A stretch of DNA of 64,000 nucleotides from Azolla caroliniana. Lineage: Eukaryota; Plantae; Polypodiophyta. The notes under the pieces are model-generated. The model made no database searches. It was given only the letters and a program-made list of their open reading frames with translations, and had not been told where the DNA came from. The stretch covers positions 21,142,001 to 21,206,000 of the forward strand of contig JBHGNT010000006.1 of NCBI GenBank assembly GCA_043228905.1, in the 5' to 3' direction. This document shows, in pieces, positions 38,409-52,000 of this stretch. The position numbers and the translations under genes are program-made. Each line of letters begins with the position of its first letter. Within the stretch, counting starts at the first letter, position 1.

Positions 38409-39866
38409 TGCCACATACCATAGTACTGGCTTAGCACAATCGAGATGAATGTCACGCAGAGTCTACATGAACTAGCTAAGGAGGCCGACTGAGTAATTGA
38501 GATCGGGTTAGATGATGGTGAGGTAGATTAGGATTCTGACTAGCTGACGATAGAGAGTCGGCTCACACGCTTTTGTGCCAGACTCGGCTTCTAGCTTTAG
38601 GTTTCGATCGAGAGGGGTAGCTACGTGCTTAAACTGCATCATCCCAAACTTGACTTAGAGACGATTCAGAATACAGGGTTGTTGGGAGATCACGATGCCA
38701 TCAGGAGTCTGAATTACTTCTATCCCTAGGAAGTAATGTAGCTCCTTCATGTCTTTCATTTTGAATTGGCCAAAGAGTAGCTTCTTGGTATGTTCAATAT
38801 CCATGATGTGCTCTCCTCCAATGACTAAGTCGTCCACATATCCCTTATGTGTTCTATATCCCTGATGTGCTCTGGAGTCGCTCCGGATGAACAATGAATT
38901 GTCGGACTTGGACATTTTGAAGCTCCAATTTGGTGAAATATTGGGTTATCTTCAAATGTCATGCTCTAGGCTCTTGTTTTGAGTCGGAAAATAGCAGTCG
39001 GATGCGTATTCGCTTTGAATCTAGGTGGTTGTACCATGTACACCTCTTCTAATTCGCCTTGAAGAAAGGCGTTCTTTACATCCATTTGGTGGAGGTGCCA
39101 TCCTTTTGCTGCTACAAGTGCGATCACAGTTCGAATAGTAGTCATCTTTGCCATTGGGGCAGAGGTGTCTTCGTAATAGACCCCATGTGTTTGCGCATAC
39201 CCTTTTGCCACAAGCCGGCCCTTATACCAATTGATGGTGCAGTCAACATTGTGCTTCATCTTGAATATCCACCGGCACACGATTGCCTTCTTGTAGGGTG
39301 AAGAGGGGACAAGGTTCCATGTCTTGTTTTTGGAGAGTGATTGCATATTTTCATTCATTTCTTTGACCCATAGCAGGTCCTTCGCAGCTTCGAAAAGTGT
39401 TTTCGGCTCTCGGATTGTCGCCACCTTCATCATGACTGCATAATGATATGTCATGTAGTCATTGTAGCCACATCGACGAACTACGTTCTTTTCTCGGGTG
39501 GAGTGAGGTGGTGCCCCTAGTGTCCTCATGCCAGGCACATCCAATCCACCATATTAACTGTCAGGTGAGTGATCCGATTCGTTTCCATCTAAATCTTCGT
39601 ACTTAGGCATTTGAGCCTTTCCTTTGGCCTGTTTCGGACTCCGTTGCGATGTGCTTTGGTCACTCGGTGGTTCCTGTGGTCCACCCAATTTGGTTGAGAT
39701 TGAATTTCCTTATGATGTGAACCTTAGTCGATCATCCTCCTCCAAGTCCATTATATCGAAATTGGTTTCGATTGGCTTAGATGGAGTTGAGTCGAATGTG
39801 TACCAAGATGTTGATTCATTGAATACAACATCCCTACTCACACGTACATTCTTGGTAGAGGGGTTT

Positions 39867-42810
39867 TGTTGAACGAGCAAGCTCAACCGGATCCGGATTA
39901 GCTGAATAAGCCAGAGCCGGATCGGTATCCGGAGCAGAGAACCGGATTGATGTCCAGATAGATCGGTATCCGGAACTTAGAGTTGGACCGAAGAACCAGA
40001 TCGTACTCCGGAATAGTGGGAACTGGTTGATCGTTGGAGGCCTACGGTCTGAGCCTAGTACGTAGGAATATTCCTTGGAGTTAGTGTCAGTTGCTCATAT
40101 GATCATTGAAGTACATGTCAGAACTTCTGTCAATCCTTTAAGGACTTGTATCAAAAGTGTTCTGTAAGACATTTGTATATATATAGTATTATTTTTTGAA
40201 TTGAGTTTCTATTCTGTTTTGCTTTGTCTCTGTCTCTCCTGTGTATTCAAGCTTTCCATTAAACCTTCATTCTGTGTTCTATTGTTATCCGGACTATAGC
40301 CGGTTTGTCTTAGCTTCCGCACAATATCTTTTACATGGTATCAGAGCGCAAGGGTTGAGAACCTCTGATGCCGACAAGCGACCTCTACAGATAAACCCTA
40401 ACGCTTGATAAAGAATCAGAAGGAGAAAATGGATCGGGGAATGGCTAACTTGCTCCCGACAGAACAACTCGATAGATCCAACTATGCATCTTGGTCGTAC
40501 AAGATGCACCAGTACCTACTCAGGCATGGCTATTGGAGTTATGTCAACGGTGCTAACAATACGGCACCTAATACAGCACACAGGGACTTCCTGGCTTGGG
40601 AACAAGCGGCAAGCAGGGTAATGTATTTCTTCGCATCCAATGTCGGTGATGTGTTGAGCCATATCCGAGACGCCAAGACACCAAAGGAAGATTGGGGAAA
40701 CTAGGTCTTCACCACAAGCATCATGGCCTGAAAGCTACAACTCCAACAGGAATTGAGCAATGTCGGACAGAAGGACATGTTGGTGGCTTATTACATGGCC
40801 CGAATCAAAGGCATCTGCGACTCACTTGCCTCCATCAACATGATCGTCGAGGAAGATGAGATGGTGCATGTCTGTCTCGAGGGCCTAGCATCGATGTTCG
40901 GAGCATTCTAGGTTGCGGTATGTACAAGGGAGAATACTTCCTTGTTTTTCGACTTACAATCGATGCTCCTTATAGAGGAGAACCACGTCGATGCATCGAC
41001 GAGCACACACACCGATAGCAAGATGTTGTATACGGAAGCAGAGAGGCCCCGTGGTCGTGTCGGTCGAGGCGGATTGGCATGCAACGTAGGCAGCCGACAA
41101 CAACAGAATCGGAGGTACAAAGATGGTGCCGAAAGTAATTCCGGACCCTTCAGAAATAGGGAGGAGTCAAAGCGGCGCCAGAAATGACAAGGAAAGGCTG
41201 ACACGGAATGTTGGTACAGTGGCCGGAAAGGCCACAAAGAAAGCGAGTGCTGGAAGAAGAGGGTTGATTCGGACAAAGCCGGATCGAGCTGGAAAGACGC
41301 GGATAGACGTCATCGATTGCTCTGAGGAAGTCGGATCGGGACCGGCCCTCATAATGAAGCATAAGGCCAACCGGATGGGTGTCTGTGGACTCCGGAGCTT
41401 CAAACCAGATGATGAACCACAAAGCGTGGTTCTCTTTTCTCAAGAAGCTGGAGAAGCCAGGGCTAGTAGAAGCTGGAGATGACACCCCGCATCCCATCGA
41501 GCACATCGGAGATGTTCCTTTGAGCCATGTCGGCCAGGAAGGGGTCATAAGGAATGTCTTCCATGTCCCGACGATCACCAAGAACTTGGTGTCGGTCGGC
41601 CTGATCATAGATCAAGGAATGCAAGTTCGATTTACTCACCACAATTGCTTCATCGAGGAGGAAGGTTGGATCATCGCACAAAGGTGCCGGGATGGAAGAA
41701 TGTTCATCCTCGAAACCAATGATGTAGGCACCGTGATGTTTGCGAAAGGCCAGACGGTCGAGTCAGACATCGACCTTTGGCATAAGCGGATTAGCCACAT
41801 CAACTTCCGAAAACTTCAGGAGATGCAGTCGGAACACGTGGTTTTCGGAGTGCCAAAGTTCAGTGGCCGGAAAGGCCAAGTATGTGAAGCTTGCCAACTT
41901 GAGAAGCAGTATAGGCTTCCGTTTCCAAATTAGAAGAATCGGATCTGGAATCGGTTCAATTTCATCCATCAGATGTGTGGGGACCGACTCAAAATGTGAG
42001 CATCGGCGAGACTAGATATTTCGTCTCCTTCATCGACAATTTCAGCCGGCATACCTGGATCTACTTAATCGAGAAGAAGAGTGAAGTCTTCTACTGCTTC
42101 TGGGACTTAAAGAATCATGTAGAACAAGAAACTGGAAGGAAGATCCAATGTCTGAGATTGGATGGCGGAAAAAAGTACTTTTCTAACCAGTTCACGAGTT
42201 ATCTACAGACAAAGGGAATCCAACAAGAGTTCTCCTGTAGATACACGTTGGAGCCGAATGGCGTGGCTGAACGACAGAATTGGACGTTGGTAGAAGCGGC
42301 AAGCGTAATGCTAGAAGAGAAATGCATGCCCCGGATTTATTGGGCCGAAGCAATCCGGACTGCCATCTACATACAAAATAGGATGTCTGCCTCAGGGACA
42401 AAGGTGTCGCCGCACGAACTGTATTTCGAGCGGAAGCCAAATTTGGTGCACCTTCGGGTATTCAGGAGCATTGCCTATGTGCATGTGCCAAATGAGAAGC
42501 GGAAGAAACTGGATGCAAAATCCAAAAAGTGCATCCTGGTGGGCTACTCCGACGAACAAAAGGGTTACAAGTGCTACAACCCCCGTTTGAAGCAAGTTCG
42601 AGTTAGTCCTGATGTCATTTTCAACGAATCCGCATCGAGGCACTTCTCACCACCAGAACCTGAGCCGATTATTGTGAACAAAGCAACTAACTCCATAACA
42701 GAAGGAAACATAGCGGAATCCGAACCAGATAGTCTGACTTCCCTCTGGATCAATGGACCGAATCTGGACTGGTTGAGCCGAAACGGTCAGCCGGATGACG
42801 ATCGGGAGGT
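39867..42810 (+). mobile_element. Copia element H, 5' half (LTR, gag, PR, IN), truncated
   Basis: LTR 39867-40335; PBS tggtatcagagc 40336-40347; gag LDRSNYASWSYKM; PR VDSGASNQM; IN 41975-42832; same family as element I. Confidence 0.88.
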
Positions 42811-43658
42811 AAAGCAAATGATTTTCCTCTAGCTCATTGTTTAGTTTTTTTATGGGTTAGATGCAAGTGCTTGGTAGTGAAATTTAGTGCATGTTGTTTG
42901 GAGTTACACTACTAAACATGCAAAGCATTTTGGCATAATAGCATGTTGAAGTGCTACTACAGATTTGTAGGCAACTTGTGTTTGCTCTTGTTGACAAAGC
43001 TAGGGAGGGTTTTGCCTTTGAGCATCATGAGGTTTTGACTTCATTATTTCCAACACAATTTCACCCCTTCTCCCCAAAGCTTGAGCTTCTTGATGAAAAG
43101 TTGACAAGAGAACGTCAAACTCAAGTTTCCTTTGACACATTCATGTCATTGACTTTATTATCATGTGAAGACTTATGTTGAGCCTTCTCATACATTGGCA
43201 CCTAAAAACCCAAAGGCGTTTCTCTATGAATTTTTAAAGCTTGTGGAGATTTTTGGTTTGGGGATTTCCCTCCCATCATTCCTCTATTGTGATGCATAGC
43301 CTAGGGTCAAAGAACTCTGGCACAAGGATGACAACTTTATGGCCATAAACGAGATGGAAAAGTGTATCTCTAATGTGAAAAGTGACAAGGAAAAGGGATC
43401 CCATGATTGAAAGAGAGGCTCTAGCTATGGTATATGCCACAAAGAAGTTTTGGTATTATCTCTTGTCTTTATCATTTTGTTTTTACCAAGCCCTTCTTTA
43501 GAGTTATGTTTGCATGATTTTAAATAGGAAAAGATTTCCCTCCTCCAAACCACTACATTTATTTGCATTTGGGTTTTGATCTAGCAGGAAGACAAGTTTT
43601 TAAGAAATCTATGCATTTAAGTTTAAATCATGCACATAAATGCTAATGTTAAATGTAG

Positions 43659-43832
43659 GGGTTTCAAGACATGAACACATTGTCACTAGCTCATTAGATG
43701 CTAATGCTAAATGTAGGGGGTTGGACACATTATTACTAGCTCATTAGATGCTAGTGCTACATCTTGGGGGTTGAACACATGATTCAATAGTTCACTAGAT
43801 GTTAGTGATGAATGTAGGGATGTTGAACACAT
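43659..43832. repeat. Degenerate ~55-bp tandem repeat (3-4 copies)
   Basis: Recurrent gatgctaatgctaaatgtagggggttgaacacat..actagctcatta. Confidence 0.65.
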
Positions 43833-44287
43833 GATTAGTTACAATCATCTCGGCAACAAGCTTATCTTTCTTAGATCTTAAGAAGAACACCTAAGCATCA
43901 TCTACCATAGATTGCTTAAGAAAACCACACCTAAGCATTGTTTATCGACCACAAATAAAGTGTGACCAAGGGGGCCATGGCAATATTCCTTGAAGTTTCA
44001 TGGACATTTCTATGCCATTGTATAAGCATGGTGGACACACTTTAGGGGGAATGTGAACAAATGGATATACAAGAATGAAGAATTTTAAAGACATATATTG
44101 AAGTGAGCTTCCATCAATTGGGAAAAGAAGATAGTTGTACATGATTGTGATGATATTGTTGTGCCTTTTAACAAGTTATAATCATATAAACTCATGCCAT
44201 ATGAGCAATGTATGTGCCACAAATAATTTACAAGTAATTAGAAACATGATAAGGGTTAGTGCTAGGGTTTGGATTAGGATTAATGAA

Positions 44288-44998
44288 TTAATTGTTCTTG
44301 GGTGGATGGGATCTTTCACTCTTGTAATCCACATCTATAAATACAGGATTTGTTCTTTGATTTGTGAGCAAACTTTGATCTTCTTGTGATACCACTATGA
44401 CCTTCTTCCTTGATTTCCTTACATATCTCCTATTCATCCTTTTCCTTCTTATCATCATTCTATCAGAATCAAGCAATAGCATCCTCCTCCTATTCTGGTT
44501 CTTCTTCTCATTCTTCATTAGTATTCCATTAACCTCCTCATTGTGATCATGTAATTGCTGCATTCATGACAATCCTTCATGTGCTTAAATCACCCATCAA
44601 TGCAGTGCATCGAATTCTAAACACAAATTCAGCCTTCAAATCTCACGATTATTTCCATATAGCATATTTTTAATGCATGTTCACAATTAATTAGTCTTAA
44701 TTTTATTTTTTTAAATTACCTCATGATTAGATGCAGGAGATGGATCCGCCAAATTATTTATTAAGCCTCCACCGGAATTTGATTTCCAGTCAATGGAATT
44801 CAACCACATAATCCCCAAGCCATGGATTCTGATGAAGCCTGGTAATGGATCGAGAGTTATACCTTTATTATTAGATTTATTGAGGCCAAGAGATGGAATA
44901 CCTTTCTGCGGGTCATTAGGATAATGATTAGGACAGATCACATTGAGCAAGAAGACGATGATCCAGAGGCCAAGCATCAAAAGCGCGGACAAATCCAT
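44288..44998 (-). CDS. RGF: RGF/GLV/CLEL-family secreted peptide hormone precursor (2 exons, ~182 aa)
   Basis: Exon 1 44998-44720 begins with a hydrophobic signal peptide MDLSALLMLGLWIIVFLLNVIC; GT-AG phase-0 intron 44719-44558; exon 2 44557-44288 ends in the 13-mer DYKSERSHPPKNN*. Confidence 0.85.
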
Positions 44999-45084
44999 GG
45001 TAATTGATTAGCTGGGTTATGAATTAGCTCAAAACTCAGCTAAACAAAATGTCCTCCCAAAATGTCCTACCTTTCTATGGGTTC

Positions 45085-45214
45085 CCTAAAGAGGAATGCT
45101 ATAATTAGCTTATATAGGGTGTCTTAGGTCATATGCTTTCCTAAAGAGGAATGCTATAATTAGCTTATATAGGGTATCCTAGGTCATATGCTTTCCTAAA
45201 GAGGAATGCTTTCT
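45085..45214 (-). promoter_or_regulatory. Tandemly duplicated ~55-bp promoter segment, each copy with a TATA-like box
   Basis: cctaaagaggaatgctataattagcttatatagggt.. occurs twice plus a partial copy; minus strand reads ctatataag, ~110-175 bp upstream of the RGF ATG. Confidence 0.55.
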
Positions 45215-46156
45215 AAGTTGTTACCTTCCTATTGTGGTTCTTTATATATTTGTGTGGGGTTGTGTAGGTTTTGTGTGTATCTTCATTCACAAGGAATACC
45301 AACCTCTTCATATGCTTTGGTATTTTTTTGGAGTACTCGGATTACTTCTAGAAACCTAAACACATTTTTATCTGTGTCGAGAATAGTGAATGCATATGTG
45401 TCTGCCCAATGTGCATGTATGTGTGTACACAGATGTGCTTTGTCTGTCTGTACATAGATGTGCACGTGTGCATGCATGTGTGTGTATGTAGATGTATGTG
45501 CTTGTAAGTGTGTACACATACACATCTAGGGTGTGTGTGTCTGTGCATGTATGATTAGAGAGAAAGAGATATTAGTACATACTCCATACTAATGTGTACA
45601 AGTTTGTTGGGCCTTATAATGGAGGGATATTGAATTTTTATAGTAGTGTTACCATACTGCCAGAACACATGCTCGTTTAATATTCACTAGGCTAGTAGTG
45701 CAATCAGAGCTGTAAATTTTTGTCGCTCACATTCTGTTTATGATACACATGACAATGTATCATGTGTGAGTTTCCACTTTTTTTCTATGCCATGATTTAA
45801 CCAAGTTCTACTTTCCAACTAGAGCTAGTACCACTTTTTTTGTTAAGTGGTACAACCAACTACCGAACCAATTAATTAACGCGGCATTGTACTAAACCTT
45901 AGCATAATAAATGTTCGCATCATACTAAGCTTTAAAATGATAAAGGCTTTGTGCCGATCTATAATCGTCATTAGAAACCAACAAAAAGCAAGACAACATG
46001 TGGCATCCTACTTTGCCATAACATGAACATGTGGTTACCATCTATAACATCAATAATCTATAATATACACAAAAAATAGCACTTTAATGACAAGGCACAT
46101 TGACTTATTGAGTATCGTAATATTCATGATAGAACAATTAATTTGATCAATAAGAC

Positions 46157-46158
<2 letters not shown>

Positions 46159-46222
<64 letters not shown>

Positions 46223-46223
46223 C
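46159..46223. repeat. (CT)n(ATCT)n microsatellite
   Basis: Direct reading. Confidence 0.95.
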
Positions 46224-49014
46224 TTGCACAATCACATAGGCTATTTTGACTTTTTTCCTCTTTTTTTTCCAAAAAAAAAAAAAACCACTACTTCGCATTA
46301 GTTAGCAAATAGAATACAACAAAGTTTATCCAAATCCACAATGGGATCAACATATACAACTTGGAGAAACAACTCCAAAACTATCAACCAAAAACAACAA
46401 AAAAACTCAACTGATCCTTAACTCAAGAAAAATTGAATTAAACCCTATTTTACCCCTACTCTACAACTCCCTGACGCACGTTTGTGTCAGCTATACATAC
46501 ATAATTACAACCCATGTACAATATTGGGAGCCATCGGTGGAAACAGCCACCTAGGTGCTTGGTAATTCCACTTAGGCCTGGATGAAGATTTGACTTTTTT
46601 CCTCTTACCCTCAAAGTCATAAGATTAAGAAAATCCAAGTTTGTTCCTTGCCTTGGGTTTAGGGGAGAATTCATGCGGCGTGCCTTTCAGATTAATTGGC
46701 GTTAATATGATTGCAAAAGAGGAGCGAAATTAGATCAATGATGGTAATCTCTCTTGATAACAAAGTAACATTAGGGTGATTACTATAGGTGAGAATATAA
46801 TGAAATTAATGAGAAAAAGTGGGTGCAGTCCATCCAGAATTTGACCACAAATGCTCGAGAAAACAAATTAGTGCTAGATGTTCTTTTTCATGAAAAAACA
46901 ATTTGACAATGAAAAACAAGGTTATAGATTGGTGCTCAACATTGGCAAAACACTTCATCCTTGTAAAATGCCTTAAAAAGGCCCAAAATGTGTTTCTATG
47001 TGTGTGTGACATATAACATGAAGTGTTGTCAAAATGTTTTTATGAAGTGTGTAATTGATATGTTCTTAAGTCTAGGAATGTCATATGTTGTCATTATGGG
47101 CTCAAGGTTTTGGATAATACATTGTAGTTTTTAGTGACATACTTGATCTAGGCTCATTGTATGCAATACATAATTATAAAAGAAATGGCATACACACATA
47201 TACGTGCAACAAGAAAATGACAATCTAGTACTTCGAGATGCATTGTGCTACGTGTGATATCAATGTGAATGCATACAAGAGAGAGAATGTGATGCCGACA
47301 AGCACATTAAACAAGGGGTGCAACGTATAAACATTACAATTTACATTACACATGTAGGAAGTTTAGTTTCAAAGTCAACTTCAATCAATATAAATTTAGC
47401 AAAATGGAAATATCTACAATAGGGAACTAGGTTTAGAATATGTTTAAGATACTTGAAATTTGTATAGCTCAAAATTTGAAAGATATTAGATGAATCCAAA
47501 TAGAAGAAGTTAAGAACAACACCGTTTAAATATGTTGATTATTAAATACTGTGAACAAAGTCATTTAAACATTCATTACCAATAAAATAGCATTATTCAA
47601 ACAATGCTCATAATAAATTGTGCCATTATCGATTGCCTCTCTACATAAACAAACAATGGTCATAAAAGAAATACATGGTGGCCCATTATTAGGAAATGTT
47701 GTTTGATACATGGATATCGTGCACATATAGGGCATATCATTGTTCTACCATGAAAGTTATGTCATGCATTTGATATCCCTACATATCAATCAATGCAAAT
47801 TCATATGCCGAACATAGTGGCCATTCATGTACATGCAATTTACTTGTCCATAAAATTGACATTTGTAACATTTAACTAACTCAATATAATGGAGAGATAG
47901 TGTTAAATGATAGTTGATAGTCTAGCTCAACTTTCATAAATATGGATGATGCAAAAGGAGTTAAAATATGTTTTGTTTAAACTGTTGAACTTACATGTTT
48001 TCTAGAAAGATTACTATTTTTTAACATCCAATACCTAATCATGGAAGTTAATAGCACGTCCTATTAATCTAATTATTAGAGTGATGACAATAACAAACTT
48101 TGTTAGGGAGACTTTCAATTGCATTATTAAACATAGCAGCAAAATTTGTTAAGGAGGGACCATGCCACTAGAGAGAAAGAGAGGAAGAGGAAGAGATTAA
48201 GATAACTATTGTGATTTAAATTTAGTATTCATGCATAGAATAACACAATGTTGTTAATTGTGAGGCAAATTGAGTGACATACATAACCGGAGTGTCATAA
48301 CGGTAAATTATTTTTATAAATGGAGGGCAGATCATGAAGAGAATATTTCAAACAATAGAAAGTGTAGGAGAATAGATATGATGTAGTAAATAGAAGTATG
48401 TGATAAACATACGAGCATTTCTAATTTCTAGATGAATCATAAGAACTAAACAAACCAAGTAGATTCCTATGAACATGTGCCTTTGTTCTCTTTCTTGGGA
48501 GGGGGGCTAACCCATCAATTCATATGTATAGCACGTTCCAAAGAAGTTTTTAAAATCCATATTGTTATATCATATAGCTATGAGGAATGTTTACATAAAA
48601 CAAAATCGGTTGTTCATTTACAGGTTGAACTTATGTTAAAAAGGAGCATAATACAATGGGATTGAAGAAACATGAATGTTTGGATATAAGAAATGTACAT
48701 TGAATAAAATAATAAGATAAGTTATAGTACACGAGAGAGAGAGAGAGAGAACAAAAAAGGCAAGAGTGGAGAGGGGAAGAAGAAGAAGAAACGAATTTGT
48801 TTTTGTTGCTGTGCTTTCTATCGGCAATGAAATTGGGCACAGAGCTAAGTGCTAGAAAGCCCTCGATTAGAGCTTCGTAATGAGATATAGCAAGTTAAAT
48901 TTGGTGGTCTATACAAGAATCAACGATAGAAATAAGGAATCTTGTGTTTTCGGCATCCACATACTTAACACACATTGTGGGTCTTCGACCTCTTCAATCA
49001 GGTGAGTTCCGGTT

Positions 49015-52000
49015 TGTAAAGGAATATGTGCGGAAGTGTGTGGGTAAAAGACACAGAGTACACAGTTTGAAAATATGACAGTTCGGTGAAACATAGAAAA
49101 CATAGAGAGAAGGAGAGAGAGAGAGAGAGAGAGCAGACAACAGTTCTATTCCAAGAAAATAACACTTTGTACATAGGATGTGCTTAGAGAGCACTTTTAT
49201 ACAAGTCCATATGGACTAATAAAAGTACTGACATGTTCTTCAATGCTCATCAATGAGCCCCTACACTAACTCCCAAAATATATTCCTCCGAGGAATATCT
49301 TTCCAATGGCCTCCCGGTTTATGCACAGTTACGGCCTCTCGTTGTGCACCCGGTTTACGCACCCAGTCTACGCATTGGTTTACGGATCGGTTTACGCACC
49401 CAATGTTGAGCTTATATTTCAACACTCCCCCTCAAGCTCAACTTGAGGTTCTGCTTGCTCTTCCGGATCTTCGTTCCGGCTTCTCCTGGCTTCACGCCTT
49501 GCTTGCACTCCTCGACCCGTTCGATTCCGAGCGCTTCGACCCTTTTGGTTGGCTTGTTTGCTCGTGCAGCCTTTCTCAGCTCCCTTGTTGTCGCAGTGTT
49601 GGTACCTCTTTTGTTTCCTTGTCCTCTGCTTGGCCTTCAGTTGATTCAGCATGTCCGAATCAAACATTTCGATTGAATCAGTCGCTTCCAATTTGTCTCT
49701 GCATTCATCCGAATTGGCTATCTCCAGTTCGTCTTCTGTCTTCAGGCCCTTGAACACATGCGACCATGTCTTGGTCTTGGCCTTTTCGCCCTTCTTGGCT
49801 TTATCTCCCCCTAGCTCGGTTATCTTCGGCTTCTCTTAGCTTCACGCCTTGCTTGCACTCTCGACCCGTTCGATTCCGCGCGCTTCGACCCTTTCGGTCG
49901 GCCTGTCTGCTTGTGCGGCCTTTCTCAGCTCCCTTGTTGTCGCAGTGTTGGAACCTCTTTTGCTACCCTTTCCTCTGCTTGGCCTTCAGTTGATTTGGCA
50001 TGTCCGAATCAAACATTTCGATTGAATCAGTCGCTTCCAATTTGTCTCTGCATTCATCCGAATTGGCTGTCTCCAGTTCGTCTTCTGTCTTTAGGCCCTT
50101 GACCACATGCGACCATGTCTTGGTCTTGGCCTTTTCGCCCTTCTTGGCTTTATCTCCCCCTAGTTCGGTTATCTTCGACTCTTCCCTACGGTTGCTGCCC
50201 CTTTCTTCTCCTTCGGCTTCTACAGCGGACCCGAAATTGAATTCTTCATCCGACTCGGAATAGCGGTCACTTCCGCTCCTCTCACACTCTTGTTCTTGTC
50301 TCCCCCTCAAGTTCGGCACATCAAGGTGGCGCAACCCCACCTGAGAATTGCCGCAACTTGTCAAGACCAAGAGGCTTGGTGAAAATATTGGCAGTCTGTC
50401 GACCCGTTGGAACATACACTAGTTCGACGTCACCGGAGAGGACACGCTCGTGGACAAAATGGTAGTGCACCTCAATGTGCTTGGTCTGCGCATGGAATAC
50501 GGGGGTTTTCGCAAGTTGGATGCTGTTGAGGTTGTCGCAGTAGATCGTCATTGGGGCGGACACCTCCACATGCAGATCCTTGAGTAGCCTTTTGAGCCAA
50601 ATGACTTCGCATGTAGTGACAACCACCCCTCAATACTCAGCATCCGTGCTCTACAGTGCCACTGTCGGCTGCTTCTTACTGCTCCACGTGATCGCTGCAC
50701 TTCCCAGCAAGAATGCGTATACTGATGTTGATCTGCAATCGCTGGCATTTCCGTGTAGCCAACTAACTGTCTGGCTACTCCTGCTTGAAATAGCAACACC
50801 TTGTCCTTAGTGCCGCTGACATATCCCAATATTCTCTATGCACAGTGAAAATGTTCGAATGTGGGTTGCGACATAAATTGACTGATCAAGCCGACCAGGT
50901 AACTAAGATCCGGTTGAGTGATCGTCAAATAGATTAGGCTTTCGACAATCAGTCGGAACCGTATCCAGTCGCACGCCTTTCCCTTAAACCCTTTAGACCG
51001 GAGAGGGACTTCTTTAGTTGGCAAACTGTCGAGGTGTTCCGGTCGGATAGAAATCCGGGGGGTTGTACCATGTACACCTGTTCCTCAAGATCACCTTGCA
51101 GGAACACATTCTTTACATCCATCTGATGTAAATGCCAACCCTTCGCCGCTGCGACGGCCAACAGAACATGGACAATGGTCATCTTCGTGACAGGCTCGAA
51201 GGTCTCATCGTAATTGACGCCGTGCTTCTACATGTAGCCTTCCGCCACTAACCGGGCCTTGTATCGGTTCATTGAGCTGTCCGTGTTGTACTTCACCTTG
51301 TACACCCATCTGCATCTGATCGGCTTCACACCTTTAGGTACGTCAACCAGGTCCCAAGTCTCATTTTCTGATAACGCGGGCATTTCTTCCTTCATCGCGG
51401 CACGCCAGTTCGCGTCCTCCGCCGCTTTTGCGTAGCTCTCTGGCTCACGCACTTCCGCCACTTCCGTCATGTACACTTAATGATGCGCAATGTACTCGTT
51501 GTATCCAAAGCGCACCACGGGGTTCTTCTGGTAGGTAGATCAATGTAATTGCTCATTAGCCCAATTTTGAGGCCCTCTTGGCCGATAGGGACTTCGTTTC
51601 CGGAGGTCCATCTTCGATCTTCTCGGAGTCAGATTCGCTTCGATCCGACTCATCCTTATCAGTGTCGTACTCCGACATCTTCTTCTTTCCCTTCTCTTCA
51701 CGCGTAATCCGTCTCCACGCGTAATCCGTCTCCTCGGCTTCTTGCGCGGGGAATGCATGGTCGAGTCACCACTACTCACCGACTCTGCGTGTGACTGGTC
51801 ATGTCGACTTATGCAACATCACGACTCACGCGAGCTTGTTTGGTTCGGGGTTATAGCACTTATAACCCTTCTATTCGTCCGAGTAGCCAACCAAGTTAGT
51901 ACACTTCTCAACTTTGACATCCAACTTCCTCCATTTCTCCTTCGGCACATGCACATACGTGATGATACCAAAAACCCTCAAGTGTGCCAAGTTCGGCTTC

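Larger units (their letters stand above)
36765..39866 (-). mobile_element. Copia element G, 3' part (RT, RNase H, 3' LTR)
   Basis: RT QMDVKNAFLQGE and YVDDL at 38655-39544; RH YCDNMSSI..KHIEMHYHF at 37168-37623; LTR boundary ttctcaaca ~37059; the left boundary is approximate. Confidence 0.8.

Noticed and set aside
45206-45548. ORFs upstream of the RGF gene
   Set aside because: Translations of a degenerate GT/AC-rich microsatellite
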